Below, one piece after another: positions 1 to 12,662 of a DNA stretch of 64,000 nucleotides. The stretch's first letter is position 1; each line of letters opens with the position of its first letter. Made by a program: the position numbers and the translations under genes. The notes beneath the pieces were generated by a model. The model was not told where the DNA came from. It saw only the letters and a list, made by a program, of their open reading frames with translations, and searched no databases. Source of the DNA: Heptranchias perlo (lineage: Eukaryota); assembly GCF_035084215.1 (NCBI RefSeq), contig NC_090328.1:17236001-17300000 (forward strand), read 5' to 3'.

Positions 1-197
1 TACCTCTATTAATCTGAGTCCAGCATCTACTTCATTCTTTTGACAAAACCTTCTTGTTACAAAATGTCACCTTGATCAAAATATAGTTGATTTGATATTC
101 AGATCCCAAATACTCTATCCTGTGGTGTTGCCATAGTGCATTAACGCACAAACATGTGGGTTTGTAACAAATTCCCAACAGATAGTGAATAGCATGA

Positions 198-1410
198 GAT
201 AGTTAATCAGAGAGCCAGCATGGATTTGTGAAAGATAGGTCATGCCTGACAAACCTGATTGAATTTTTTGAAGAGGTGACTAAAATAGTGGACAGGGGAA
301 TGTCAATGGATGTTATTTATATGGACTTCCAGAAGGCATTTGATAAGGTCCCACATAAGAGACTGTTAGCTAAGATAGAAGCCCATGGAATAGAGGGAAA
401 AAGTATGGACTTGGTTAGGAAGTTGGCTGAGCGAAAGGCGACAGAAGGGATAATGGGTAGGTACTCACATTGGCAGGATGTGACTAGTGGAGTCCCGCAG
501 GGATCTGTCTTGGGGCTTCAATTATTCACAATATTTATTAACGACTTAGATGAAGGCATAGAAAGTCTCATATCTAAGTTTGCCGATGACCAAGATTGGT
601 GGCATTGTAAGCAATATAGATGAAAACATAAAATTACAAAGCGATATTGATAGATTAGGTGAATGGAATTCAATGTAGACAAATGTGAGGTTATCCAATT
701 TGGATCAAGAAAGGATAGAACAGGGTACTTTCTAAAATGGTAAAAAGTTAAAAACAGTGGATGTCCAAAGGGACCTAGGGGTTCAGGTACATAGATCATT
801 GAAGTGTCATGAACAGGTGCAGAAAATAATCAATAAGGCTAATTGAATGCTGGCCTTTATATCTAGAGGACTAGAATACAAGGGGGCAGAAGTTATGCTG
901 CAGCTGTACAAAACCCTGGTTTTACCGCACCTGGAGTACTGAGCAGTTCTGGGCACCGTACCTTCGGCAGGACATATTGGCCTTGGAGGGAGTGCAGCGT
1001 AGGTTTACTAGAATGATACCTGGATTTCAAGGGTTAAGTTACGAGGAGAGATTACACAAATTCTCTGGAGTTTAAGGTTAAGGGGTGATCTGATTGAAGT
1101 TTAAGATATTAAGGGGAACGGATAGGGCGGATAGACAGAAATTATTTCCACTGGTTGGGGATTCTAGGAGTAGGGGGCACAGTCTAAAAATTAGAGCCAG
1201 ACCTTTCAGGAGTGAGATTAGAAAACATTTCTACACAAACGGCAATTGATACTAGCTCAATTGCTAAATTTAAATCTGAGACAGAGCTTTTTGGCAACCA
1301 AAAGGTATTAAGGGATATGGGCCAAAGGCAGGTATATGGAGTTAGATCACAGATCAGCCATGATCTTATCAAATGGCGGAGCAGGCACGAGGGGCCTACT
1401 CCTGTTCCTA
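198..1410 (+). mobile_element. CR1 LINE, 5'-truncated, degraded RT and 3' end
   Basis: ORF 228..623 [13 protein letters not shown]...[11 protein letters not shown]...GVPQGSVLG...KFADD; frameshifted. Confidence 0.92.
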
Positions 1411-2572
1411 TCTTTCCTAAAACGAATTCAGGCAGCCATTCAAACTGTTTCTTTTCCAGCAGGTTTTCTTGTAAGGTATTTATTTGTGTTTCAATCTTAT
1501 ACAGTGAAAATACTTTGTAAAAGAACCACAGTAGATTTTCAGCATTTTATTGAAAAAATATTACAGTACACCAAAAAAGGTGAAACTTAACATTCCTTTA
1601 TGTAGAGCTACATGTGCTCAATTATGCCTCCTTCCTTTCAGTATCATATTTCAGATTACCAGTGGGATTAGGGAAGTGAATAGAAATACAGTAGAGTACA
1701 CCACATTTGGTATGTGCTCCTGTATAGCCAATTCAATTCACTCCACATATCAAGAAACAGCTGAGTGCACTGGATATAGCAAAGGCGATGGGCCCTGACA
1801 ACATCCCAGCTGTAATGTTGAAGACCCGTGCTCCAGAACTAGCCGTGCCTCTAGCTAAGCTGTTCCAGTACAGCTACAACACTGGCATCTACCTGACAAA
1901 GTGGAAAATTGCACAGGTATGTCTTGTCCATAAAAAGCATGACAAATTCCAATCCAGCCAATTATCAACCCATCACTCTACCCTCAAATCATTACCAAAA
2001 AGTGATGGAAGGTGTTGTCGACAGTGCTATCAAGCGGCACTTGCTCACTGATGCTCAGTTTGGGTTTCGCCAGGACCACTTGGCTCCAGACCTCAATTCA
2101 GCCTTGGTCCAAACATGGACAAAAGAGCTGAATTCCAGAGGTGAGTGTGACTGCCCTTGACCTCAAGGCAGCATTTGACCAAGTGTGGCATCAAGGAGCC
2201 CTAGTAAAATTGAAGTCAATGGGAATCAGGGGGAAAAAACTCTCCAGTGGCTGGAGTCATACCTAGCACAAAGGAAGATGGTAGTGGTTGTTGGAGGCCA
2301 AGCATCTCAGCCCCAGGGCATTGCTGCAGGAGTTCCTCAGGGCAGAGTCCTTGGCCCAACCATCTTCAGCTTCTTCATCAATGACCTTCCCCCTATCACA
2401 AGGTCAGAAATGGGGATGTTTGCAGTGTTCAGTTCCATTCGCAACCCCTCAGATAATGAAGCAGTCCATGCCCGCACGCAGCAAGACCTGGAAAACATCC
2501 AGGCTTGGGCAGTTAAGTGGCAAGCAACATTCGTGCCAGGCAATGACCATCTCCAACAAGAGAGAGTCTAAC

Positions 2573-5334
2573 GCAAGAAATAGGAGCAGGAGTAGGGCAT
2601 ATGGCCCCTCAAGCCTGCTCTGCCATTCAATAAGATCATGGCTGATCTTCAACTTCAACTCCACTTTCCTGCCCGATCCAGATATCCCTCGATTCCCCTA
2701 GAGTCCAAAAATTTAATCTTTCTTAGCCTTGAATATGCTCAATGACTCAGCATCCACAGCCCTCTTGCATAGAGAATTCCAAATATTCACAACCTTCTGA
2801 GTGAAGAAATTCCTCCTCATCTGTCGTAAATGTCCTGCGACTATGCCCTCTAGTTCTAGACTCTCATGCAGGGGAAACAGCCTCTCAGCATTTAACCTGT
2901 CAAGCCCTCTCAGAATCTTGTACGTTTCAATGAGATCACCTCTCATTCTTCTAAACTCCAGAGAGCATAGGCCCATTCGACTCAACCTCTCCTCATTAGA
3001 ACAACCCTCTCATCCCAGGAATTAATCTAGTGAACCTTCGTTGCACCACCTCTAAAGGCAAGTATATCCTCCCTTAGATAAGGAGACCAAAACTGTACGC
3101 AGTACTCCGGGTGAGGGCTCACCAAAGCCCTTTACAACAGTAAGACTTCCTTACTCTTGAACTCCAACCCCCTTGCAATAAAAGGCCAATATGCTATTTG
3201 CCTTCCTAATTACTTGCTGTACCTGCATGCTAACATTTTGTGTTTCTTGTACTAGGACACCTAAATCTCTGAGCACCAACATTTAAACAGTTTCTCACCA
3301 TTTAAAAAATATTCTATTTTTCTATTCTTCATACCAAAGTGAATAACCTCACAATTCCCCACATTATACTCCATCTGCCACCTTCTTGCCCACTCACTTA
3401 ACCTGTCTACATTTCTTTGCAGACTGTGTCCTCCTCACAGCTTACATTCATAGCTTTGTATCGTCAGCAAACTTGGATACACTATCCTCGGTCCCTTCAT
3501 CCAAGTCATTAATATAGATTGTAAATAGCTGAGGCCCAAGCACTGATCATAGAAGTACCCCACTAGTTACAGCCTGCCAACCTGAAAATGACCAGTTTAT
3601 CCCTACTCTGTTTTCTGTTAACCAATCCCCTATCATGCTAATATGTTAACCTCCAACCCCATGAGCCCCTATCTTGCATCACAACCTTTTATGTGGCACC
3701 TTATCAAATGCCTTTTGAAAATCTAAAAGATACTACATCCACTGGTTCCCCTTTATCTGCGCTGCTAGTTACAGCCTCAAAAAACTAATAAAATTTGTCA
3801 AACATGATTTTCCCCTCATAGAACATCATGATATGATTCAGCAGACTCAACATGGTTTTAAGTGCCCTGTTACCACTTCCTTAATAGTGGATTCCAGCAA
3901 TTTCCCGACGACTAATGTCAGGCTAATTGGCCTGTAATTCCATTTTCTCTCTTCCTCCTTTCTTGAATAGCGGTGTTACATTTGCTACCATCCAATCCGC
4001 TGGGACTGTTCTAGAATCTAGAGAAGTTTGCAAGATCATAACCAAAGCATCCACTATCTCTGTAGCCACCCCTTGGATGTAGGCAGTCAGGTCTAGGGGA
4101 TTTATCGGCTTTTAGTCCCATTAGTTTCTCAAGTACTTTTTCTCCACTGATAATTACTTTAAGTTCCTCACTCAGAACACCTTTGTTCCCCACTATTTCT
4201 GCTATGCTTTTTGTGTCTTCTACACTGAAGACAGATACAAAATATTTGTTTAAACGCATCTGCTATTTCCTGATTCCCCATTATAATTTCCCCTATCTCA
4301 GCCTTTAGGGACCAACGTTTACTTTTGCTACTCTCTTCCTTTTTACATACTTGTAGAAGCTCTTACAATCATGGGAACACCACCACCTGCATGTTCCCCT
4401 CCAAGTCACACACCATCCCGACTTGGAAATATATCGCCGTTCCTTCATTGTCGCTGGGTCAAAATCCTGGAACTCCCTTCCTAACAGCACTGTGGGAGAA
4501 CAGTCACCACACGAACTGCAGCGGTTCAAGGCGGCGGCTCACCACCACCTTCAAGGGAAATTAGGGATGGGCAATAAATGCTGGCCTCGCCATCCAGTGA
4601 ACGAATAAAAAAAAAATCAGTTTTTATATTTATTGCTAGTTTACTTTCATATTCTATTTTTTCCCTTATCAATTTTTTGGTCATCCTTTGCTGGTTTCTA
4701 AAACTCTCCCAATCTTCAGGCTTACTACTCTTCTTGGCAACATTATAGGCCTCTTCTTTTAATCACTTTTCCCGTAGAGTTTTTATTTCTCAATGGAATG
4801 TATATTGAAATATTTCTTTAAATGTTTGCCATTGCTTTTCAACCACCATACACTTTAATTTAATTTCCCAATCTACCTTAGCCAACCCTCCCCTCATACC
4901 TATATAATTGGCTTTATTTAAGTTTAAAGACTCTAGTTCCTGACTTAAGTACATCACTCTCAAACGCAATGTGAAATTCTATCATATTATGATCACTCTT
5001 CCCCAGAGGATCCTTTACTGAGAGATTACTAATTAACCCTGTCTCATTACACAATACAAGATCTAAAGTAGTCTGTTCCCTGGTTGGTTCCATGACATAT
5101 TGCTCTAGGAAACCATCTCAAATGCATTCCATGAACTCGTCCTCCAAGCTACCTTTGCCAATTTGATTTGCCCAGTCTGAAGAATAAAGTCCCCCACGAT
5201 TACTGCATTACCTTTGTTACAAGCTCCTATTATTTCATGATTAATACTCTGTCCAATGGTATAGCTACTATTAGGGCCCTATAAACTACTCCCGCCAGTG
5301 TTTTCTGCTACTTGTTATTTCTTATTTCCACTCA
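2573..5334 (-). mobile_element. CR1 LINE, degraded ORF2, nested in family B element
   Basis: ORFs 2713..2985 and 4011..4259 give CR1 ORF2 peptides; homologous to 43995-47013. Confidence 0.92.
4371..4617 (+). mobile_element. Family B LINE 3' fragment nested in the CR1 above
   Basis: Matches 5790-6050 and 50290-50545; poly-A end; short AATCA direct repeat at both flanks. Confidence 0.85.
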
Positions 5335-6274
5335 TAACCGCCTCCCCTTGACATTCAACAGCATTACCATCGCTGAATCCCCCATCAACATCCTGGGGGT
5401 CACCAGTGACCAGAAACTTAACAGGACCAGCCACACAAATGATACAAGAGCAGATCAGAGGCTGGGTATTCTGTGACTCACCTTCTGACTCCCCAAAGCC
5501 TTTCCATCATCTACAAAGCACAAGTCAGAAGTGTGTTGGAATACCCTCCCACTTGTCTGGATGAGTGCAGCTCCAACACTACAAGAAGCTTGACACCAAC
5601 CAGGACAAAGTAGCCCGCTTGATTAGCGCCCCATCCACCACCCTAAACATTCACTCCCTCCACCACCGACGCACCGTGGCTGCAGTGTGTACCATTTACA
5701 TGGTGCACTGCAGCAACACGCCAAGGCTTCTTCGATAGCACCTCCCAAACCCACAATCTCTACCACCTAGAAGGATAAGAGCAGCAGGCACATGAGAACA
5801 CCATCATCCGCGCATTCCCCTCCAAGTCACGCACCATCCTGACTTGGAAATATATCACTGTTCCTTCATCACCACTAGGTCAAAATCCTGGAACTCCCCA
5901 CCCAACAGCACTGTGGGAGAACCTTCACCGCATAGACTGCAGCTGTTCAAGGTGGTGGCTCACCACCACCTTCTCAAGGGAAGTTAGGGATGGGCAATAA
6001 ATGCTGGCTTTGCCAGCGACACCCACATCCCATGAATGAATAATAAAAAAAATTGTCAGCTAAAACAATTCCTTTTGATTGGGGAATAGTTACACTCCAA
6101 AGTAGTCCAAACAATCTTAAATAGAAACCTTGATGAAACAGAAGTAGTTCCAAATGAAACAGATTTGCAAGTCTTTAGTGCAAATCCTAACAAATTTGTT
6201 ATTTGGAAACAATTAGTACTAAATCAAGTAGCTTTAAGTTCTGTAACGCTCCTTAAATTCAATGCAGCATCTGC

Positions 6275-6645
6275 TCAGGTGGACGGAAAAGATCCCAAGG
6301 CACTATTCAAAGAGCAGGGGAGTTCTGTGTCCTAGCCAATATTTATCCCTCAAGCAGATGAAAAAAAACTTGCATTTATATAGTGCCTTTCATGACCTCA
6401 GGACATCCCAAAGCACTTTACAGCCAACGAAGTGCTTTTGAAGTGTAGTCAGTATGTTTGTACTGTAGGGAATCTGGTCATTTATCTCATTGTTGCTTAT
6501 GGGATATTGCTGTTCGCAAATTGGTTGCTGCATTGTCCTACATCACAACAGTAACTACACTGCAAAAATACTTCATTGGCTGTAAAGCACTTTCGGACAT
6601 CCTGAGGCTGTGAAAGGCACTATATAAATGCAAGTTCTTTCTTTA
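6275..6645. mobile_element. Deu-domain SINE fragments, with an opposite-strand SINE tail inserted at about 6360-6470
   Basis: AAAGATCCCAAGGCACTATT and GTGAAAGGCACTATATAAATGCAAG motifs shared with 13944-14368. Confidence 0.75.
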
Positions 6646-7149
6646 CCCAATGTTAGTCATCAATGCAATTCATGCTAAAGTTCTGTAGAGCTAGCTGGTT
6701 TAGCAATTCTCTGCTGCCAACAGTAAATTAGTTGTAAACGTAGCAGCTTATAGTAAAGATATCCATGTAGATCAGTACAACCATTTATTTAATCAAACAC
6801 CATGTAGTCCCAGATAACAAGGGTCAAAGCTTACCTTGCAAATTCTTTCAAAGTTGCTAAATCAGTTTCCAAGTCCAGATGTATACAACATTTCCTCCCC
6901 AAAAACAAGTTGCATTGCCTTAAAATAATTTATATTTAAAAATATTTTAAATATTAAATAGTCCCAATTTAATAGCTCTCAGCATTTATTCTCCAACATT
7001 TTTAACAGCATCATTTAAATCTTGTAATCAGAATTCAGTCCCCTTTTAACTTTAACCTTTGAATGAATCTTTCAAAACACTTATTGTTGTACAATCACTG
7101 GAATAAAAAGATTATCTCAACTATCTACCAACATGAAACACAAACAGTC

Positions 7150-7860
7150 TGGATGTAGAATGCCATTGGTCCCTTAACCTTCCAGAACATCAGCCTTTCC
7201 ATTTTCTCACTAGGAACTAGCTTGTTCTTAAAAATGAGCCCAGAATCCAGACTCCAGATACCCTTTCTGCCTTGAACAGAGCTCTGTACTGCTTCAGTAT
7301 GAAGTCAACTCATTTGGCAATATATCCCAACATCCTGTTCCAAACAATGTAGGCCAGAAAACAAGGCATGTGGTGAGTGTCAAGTCCACTAGCATCCTTA
7401 AGTGTCTCAACATCCCCTTTGGCACTTGGTACACGTAGCTCCTATTTTTACTGCCAATATATACTGCCTTGCATTGTCCATTGTGAATTTCATTGACCAC
7501 TGTTCAACCCTATTGAGCCTTCTTTCGAAGATCCTGGCTGTCTCCAAGTCCATCCCAGACCCATGGGTACCCATTGAATACCCTGTCCCCATTTCGACCT
7601 AGATCCCCTTATGCTTACCCTTTATTTCCTTTCTATTAGCCAGCTATCAAGCCACGTCTTACCCTTTATATCCACTGATCTTATTTATAAAGAATCTCAC
7701 AGGACTTTGAACAAAGGCCTTCTGGAAGTCCAGGTACTATGCCACCTGATCTCTCCCATCCACCATATCAATTTGTCATCGCCTCAAAAAGTCTATGATG
7801 TTAGTCATGCAAGATCTACTCCTGAGGTTTTGTAGGCCACCATTTAATTGTCTTGCGAAC
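7150..7860 (-). mobile_element. Highly degraded CR1-type LINE fragment
   Basis: ORF 7407..7592 RLNRVEQWSMKFTMD resembles the CR1 W..WQMKFNVDKC motif. Confidence 0.5.
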
Positions 7861-8185
7861 ACCAAGAAAACATGAATTTACATCATTGTATATCTGGGTG
7901 TCAACGGTTTCACTGCACTTACGCACAGGCCAAACAGCAAATTTCAACTACAGTTAAAGTCAGTTAATCAAAATGTTCCTCTAGACATCATTGTAAAGAG
8001 GCTTGTAAACTGGACAAGTGTTGTAGTCTTTCACAATATGAATTTATTTTGTAGACATTCTGCTCGATATAGTTAAGTTCAAGAAAAGTTTACTCAAGGT
8101 TATTTATGTCCTGTATGGCTTTAGCTTTTCTCTCAAGAAACTGGTTTCAGGCATCTTATTAACAGGTTTTATTTTAAAGACTTAC

Positions 8186-8319
8186 CATAACTCCCAGTTG
8201 TGTTGGCACAGATAAGTGCACCAAAAAACTTTGGGTAATATTTTTGAATTCTTGCAATAGCCTTCTGGCAAGCTGTTGTTGGGTCAACCCCTAATCTCAT
8301 ATATTCCACTGCTTGGTAG
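8186..8319 (-). CDS. AGA: AGA exon 8
   Basis: 134 nt, AG/GTAAG; [44 protein letters not shown](G). Confidence 0.97.
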
Positions 8320-8664
8320 CTAATTTGAAAGGCAAAAACATCAAACTAAGATAATGCCCACATTGAAAACATACTTGAACAGCAAAATCACACATTCTGC
8401 AGCACAAGCTTACCAAGCATATTTAGTCTACAGTCAAGCACAAGACAAATTTCTATTAAAGCAGTAACATGGAGCCCATTATGATTATGAGAGCAGGCAT
8501 TTGACTTGATCCCAGGCCACAAACGCTGCTTCTTTAGCATCAAAGCAGACTGGGTGATGTACAGTCCAATATCCCCAAGCCTTCTCTGGGAGCATGATTG
8601 AAATTGGAAACTTGTGTGGAGAATCCAAGGTGCAAACCCACTTCCTACCCTCCATAGTGCAACA

Positions 8665-9370
8665 TATTGGGCTGGATCTTGCTGGAGTGGGACATGTCGC
8701 AGCATACACTGTTAGCTAGACTGTTTCCTGCATCCTTCAGCTCAAAATGTGTGTGCCGTAATTTGCTGGAAATGTGAGCTGATAACGGCGCGGTGAGGGC
8801 AACTGGGACCTTAGTGAATGGCAGGGCCAACAGTGTATCTCCTTAACCAATGAGATTTAAGGATCAAGAAAGAAACAGGAATGATGGAGAAGGAGGGTGA
8901 ATTAGAATCAAATCAGATACAGAAAGAAAGATTGGATTAAGGAGATAGGAAGAGAGAGAAAGGGTAAGAGTTTTTTTTAAATTTGACATTTTTAAAATCA
9001 CAAACAATTTACTACATGCAGGGATGAGATTGAACAGTTTAAAACTGTTCCCTTTCTGGGTTTGGCATTGCATTAACAATTATCATGTCGGTAAAAAGGT
9101 ACTTACGCTGTAAGTTTCAGCCCTGACTTTCTGCAGCAAGTTTAATCGTGCAAATCCAATCAGTTCTTAAAAATAACGGGGAGGCTGTGGGCGAGATGCC
9201 CTGTGTGTGAAGCAAATGATGGAGCGGCATTAAATCGACCAGCAAGTCCTGGAGACTCTCAACTCACAGCGTATCTCTTAATCCCCTGGACTTGCTGGCT
9301 GCTTTGCACATTAGTGATGGCTTGTGTTGTTAACACGCCGTTACTTTTTCCAGCAAGATTCGGCCCAATA
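8665..9370. mobile_element. Non-autonomous DNA transposon (MITE-like) in AGA intron 7
   Basis: Terminal inverted repeats TATTGGGCTGGATCTTGCTGGA / TCCAGCAAGATTCGGCCCAATA (20/22); interior resembles 36590-38194 in the opposite orientation. Confidence 0.7.
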
Positions 9371-9681
9371 GCATACCAATATCCTACAACACTTAAAATT
9401 CTTGTTACCCACCTGTGATTATGGTTAAATAACCTTTTGTTCCCATGATGATCACAGTGTAGAAATGTGACACAGTTACATACTTAAAAAGGTTACTGCT
9501 GCTGCTCGGTCTATTAAGGAAGTGAAATTTATACAGTAAATCCAAGCCATGCTTTTAAACATTGGCTTCACTTAAAAGAATGATGAGTAGTTAAATGTTG
9601 CAGCTTTATTCAGTCACCTCATTATGGTGACGGGTTTTAAAAACACATCTTCCACTAAAAGTAAATTTGAGCACGACATAC

Positions 9682-9789
9682 CTTGGCAGAAATCGCATCA
9701 TAATATCTCCAATTCCAGTAGCAGCTGCAGCTCCAGCTGTGCCATCAGCATAAGCACCTGCTCCAGCTATTGGCGAATCCCCTACGCGG
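9682..9789 (-). CDS. AGA: AGA exon 7
   Basis: 108 nt, AG/GTATGT; [35 protein letters not shown](S), substrate-binding RVGD motif. Confidence 0.97.
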
Positions 9790-10974
9790 CTGTAAGAAAT
9801 ACAAATAGAACGTCCGATGATAATTATCATTTTAAACAAATGCACATCTGGATTGCCCCAGAGATAAGATTTCACTGTTGAAAGTTTATCAACCTGGTGC
9901 ACCAAAGCATGTAGCATTGAGCAAGTTTCCACCCCCCCCCCACCACCCCATGATTCCCTAAGCATAGAGTGAATCTCTCCAATCTCAGCAGAAATTTGGG
10001 GGTTGGGAGAAGCACCAAATGTACTCAACGATTCACCAAGCAGTCACACCACACTGTTCCCAAATGGTCATATAACACTTACTCCAGAGGCAGATTTAGT
10101 TGAAACTGGGACAGAGGTGCACTCTAAATGGGAAGTCAAATATTAGCAATATTGGGCTCCTATCTAACCTTTTTATTAGTCTCAATTACAATGCCAGAGT
10201 TTTTTTTTTGAAGATAGATTTTATTTTCATTTTCTCTTGCAATATATTGTCCTACCATTATTAGTGGTTTCTCTTTCATTATCCCAACAGAAACTATTCT
10301 ATTAGAGTGAGGGAGGAAAAGAGAATGGAATTATTTTTATATACCAGGGTAACTTCTCTCATGTCCCACAGTTCCAAAGATTTGCATGCAGAGGACTGGG
10401 TGTATATCATCTGTTTCTCCACTTTTTTTTTGTTCTTAGGATGTAGTTAACAACTATGACACACAGTCACACTTATTACCCATCCCTAGTTGCTCCACGA
10501 ATATTTGAGTGGCTTGCAAAACCACTTCAGGCAATAACTAGAGTCATATGTAGGCCAGGCAAGGGTAACAGATTCCCAGACATGAGTGAACCAGTTAGCT
10601 TTTCACAATTATTCAGAAGCTTTGATAGCAGTTGTTTTCTGTAACTTGCTCATAAATGATCAGATTTATTGATTTCAACAACTTGCTATGATGGGAATTG
10701 AACTCAATTCTTCAATTAATATACAAGATAAATGACAATATTACAGATGCTGTGACATAAAAGCACATAGAGGCAGGGCAGTGCTGAGTTACTGGTACCA
10801 TAACTTTGATACCCATTTCACTGTCCTCTTCAGTCCAATGTCCATATACATGGACTTGCAGCAAGGCTGGGTGGAGGGAGGAAAAGAGATGGCTATCGGC
10901 CAGGAGTAGGAATCTTGGTACAAGGCTAATTGCAGCACCCAGCAGCAACCCTGGCTATGACCTTACTACTACAA

Positions 10975-11263
10975 CTACAACTTGCATTTAATAGCACTTT
11001 TAACATAGTAAATGTCTTGAATGTATTAAAACATCCCAAGGAGCTTCACAGGAGCATCTACAGACAAAATCTGACACTGAGCCACATAAGGAGATATTAA
11101 GACAGGTGATCATAAGTTTGTTCCAAGAGGTAGGTTTTAAGGAGCATCTTAAAGGGAGCGGGGTAGAGAGGCGTAGAGGCCTAGGGAGGGAATTCCAGAG
11201 CCAAGACAGCTGAAGGCACGGCCACCAGTGGTGGAGCAATTAAAATCAGGAATGCACAAGAGG
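10975..11263 (-). mobile_element. L2-type LINE 3' end
   Basis: ACAACTTGCATTTA..AGCAC.TTTAAC tail; WNSLP peptide; homologous to 16995-17270 and 34335-34600. Confidence 0.8.
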
Positions 11264-12090
11264 AATAGAGTTCTTGGATTTTATTAACTAAACACTAACT
11301 AGGGATTGAACCTGGGACTTTCCTGACCTAGCTACTCAAAATTTTTAACAAGCTAAGTCGTCAGGGGATGTTAATACTAAGTTTTAAAATCAAATTCTTC
11401 AATAAATATGCAAGGTAATGACACTATTACAGATGCTGTGATAATACAAGCAGTGCTGGGTTCTTTTCAAACCAATTTTAGGGGCACAGTATTATTCATT
11501 AAACAGTTCTAAACACATTTAGAAACATATGTTGAGACCAATAAACAGCCATAGCCTTATAAAGTATGATCAGTTTTACAATATAGGGTAATTTTCAACT
11601 TTGCTGCCTGGGAAGTAATGTGGTGGAGCAGACTGCCCACCAGATTTTCACTCCATAGTATAACTGTCCAATCAATTTGGTTTTACATTTCTACTTAGTT
11701 GCAGCATCATCATGCCAGTACTGGTAGCTGTGATAAAAGTACAAAGTAAAAGAAAATACATTATAGAAGTAAACCACTAAAGATAAACTTGCAAGAAGTC
11801 ATCTTACCGCAACCCATAATCCAATAAAGAATGACATTTAGCATGTTGCTTACAACAAGTCAACTCCAAATATTGACTGAAGTTTATTCAAAATTGTTAA
11901 TATTAAGATAGGCAAGGATATAGTCTTAGGTGGAATAGATCTGGCCCAAAAGATATCGACTTGAGGGTCCTCAAGCGTGGGTGAAAAAGAGAGACGTTGT
12001 TCACGAGAAGCTTTAACAGAGCAGGCTCGAGGGGCTGTATGGCCTACTCTGGCTCCTATTTCTTATGTTCTTAAACGCAAGAATACATAC

Positions 12091-12166
12091 CCTGGGATTT
12101 TATGCCTTAGACCGTTAGTAGACGTCCCCGCAGCTATGCTTCCGCTTTTATCAATCACAATCATAC
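12091..12166 (-). CDS. AGA: AGA exon 6
   Basis: 76 nt, AG/GTATGT; (G)MIVIDKSGSIAAGTSTNGLRHKIP(G), conserved AGTSTNG motif. Confidence 0.97.
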
Positions 12167-12286
12167 CTAAATTAAAAATCAGTAATTAAGTGAAATCACA
12201 CATGAATCTCCAAGTCTTCCTTACAACTGCAAAGTGTCTTCATGCTAAAAGTCCCATTTACAAGAGATAGAAGAAAAAGGACTTAC

Positions 12287-12404
12287 CAATGGTGTCGTGG
12301 TTGTGAAAATTGACCTCCTGTACTGGCATTCTCTGTCTTTTTGACCACAGCCCTTTCATTCGCTTGTATGGTCCACAAGAAGTTTTAGCATTTGGAGACA
12401 CATT
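12287..12404 (-). CDS. AGA: AGA exon 5, containing the autoproteolytic HD|T site (catalytic N-terminal nucleophile Thr)
   Basis: 118 nt, AG/GTAAGT; NVSPNAKTSCGPYKRMKGLWSKRQRMPVQEVNFHNHDTI(G). Confidence 0.96.
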
Positions 12405-12549
12405 CTATAAATATCAATTGTTTTTCCACAATAGGTTATTAGTTGACAGTAATCTAAAAATCTGTTTCTTTATTTCAGACCTGGCAGCACATCTTAAAAG
12501 CATCTAAAATATTAAAGTAGGCCTTGTCCTTCATAGAAATGACACTCAC

Positions 12550-12662
12550 CTTCCAGAAATTGGGCTGGCACTTTTTGCCCAGCCATTCTGAGTGCATGGA
12601 CAGAGATGTATTCATTGTTAATTCTTCACTTAGGAAGCCCATATTCTGAGCAAAAATAGATG
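12550..12662 (-). CDS. AGA: AGA exon 4
   Basis: 113 nt, AG/GTGAG; (A)SIFAQNMGFLSEELTMNTSLSMHSEWLGKKCQPNFWK (within track ORF 12475..12696). Confidence 0.97.

Larger units (their letters stand above)
1757..6050 (+). mobile_element. CR1-group LINE 'family B', split into 1757-2572 and 5335-6050 by a nested CR1
   Basis: RT peptides APELAVPLAKLFQYSYNTG and GVPQGRVLGPTIFS; sequence resumes at 5335 (TAACC..CTCCCCTTGACATTCAAC) as in the intact copy near 49813; A-rich tail at about 6040. Confidence 0.88.

Noticed and set aside
6655-6712. Minus-strand ELLNQLALQNFSMNCIDD-stop as AGA exon 9
   Set aside because: Only the NCI resembles the human DCI ending; wrong phase relative to exon 8 and no GAAC motif.
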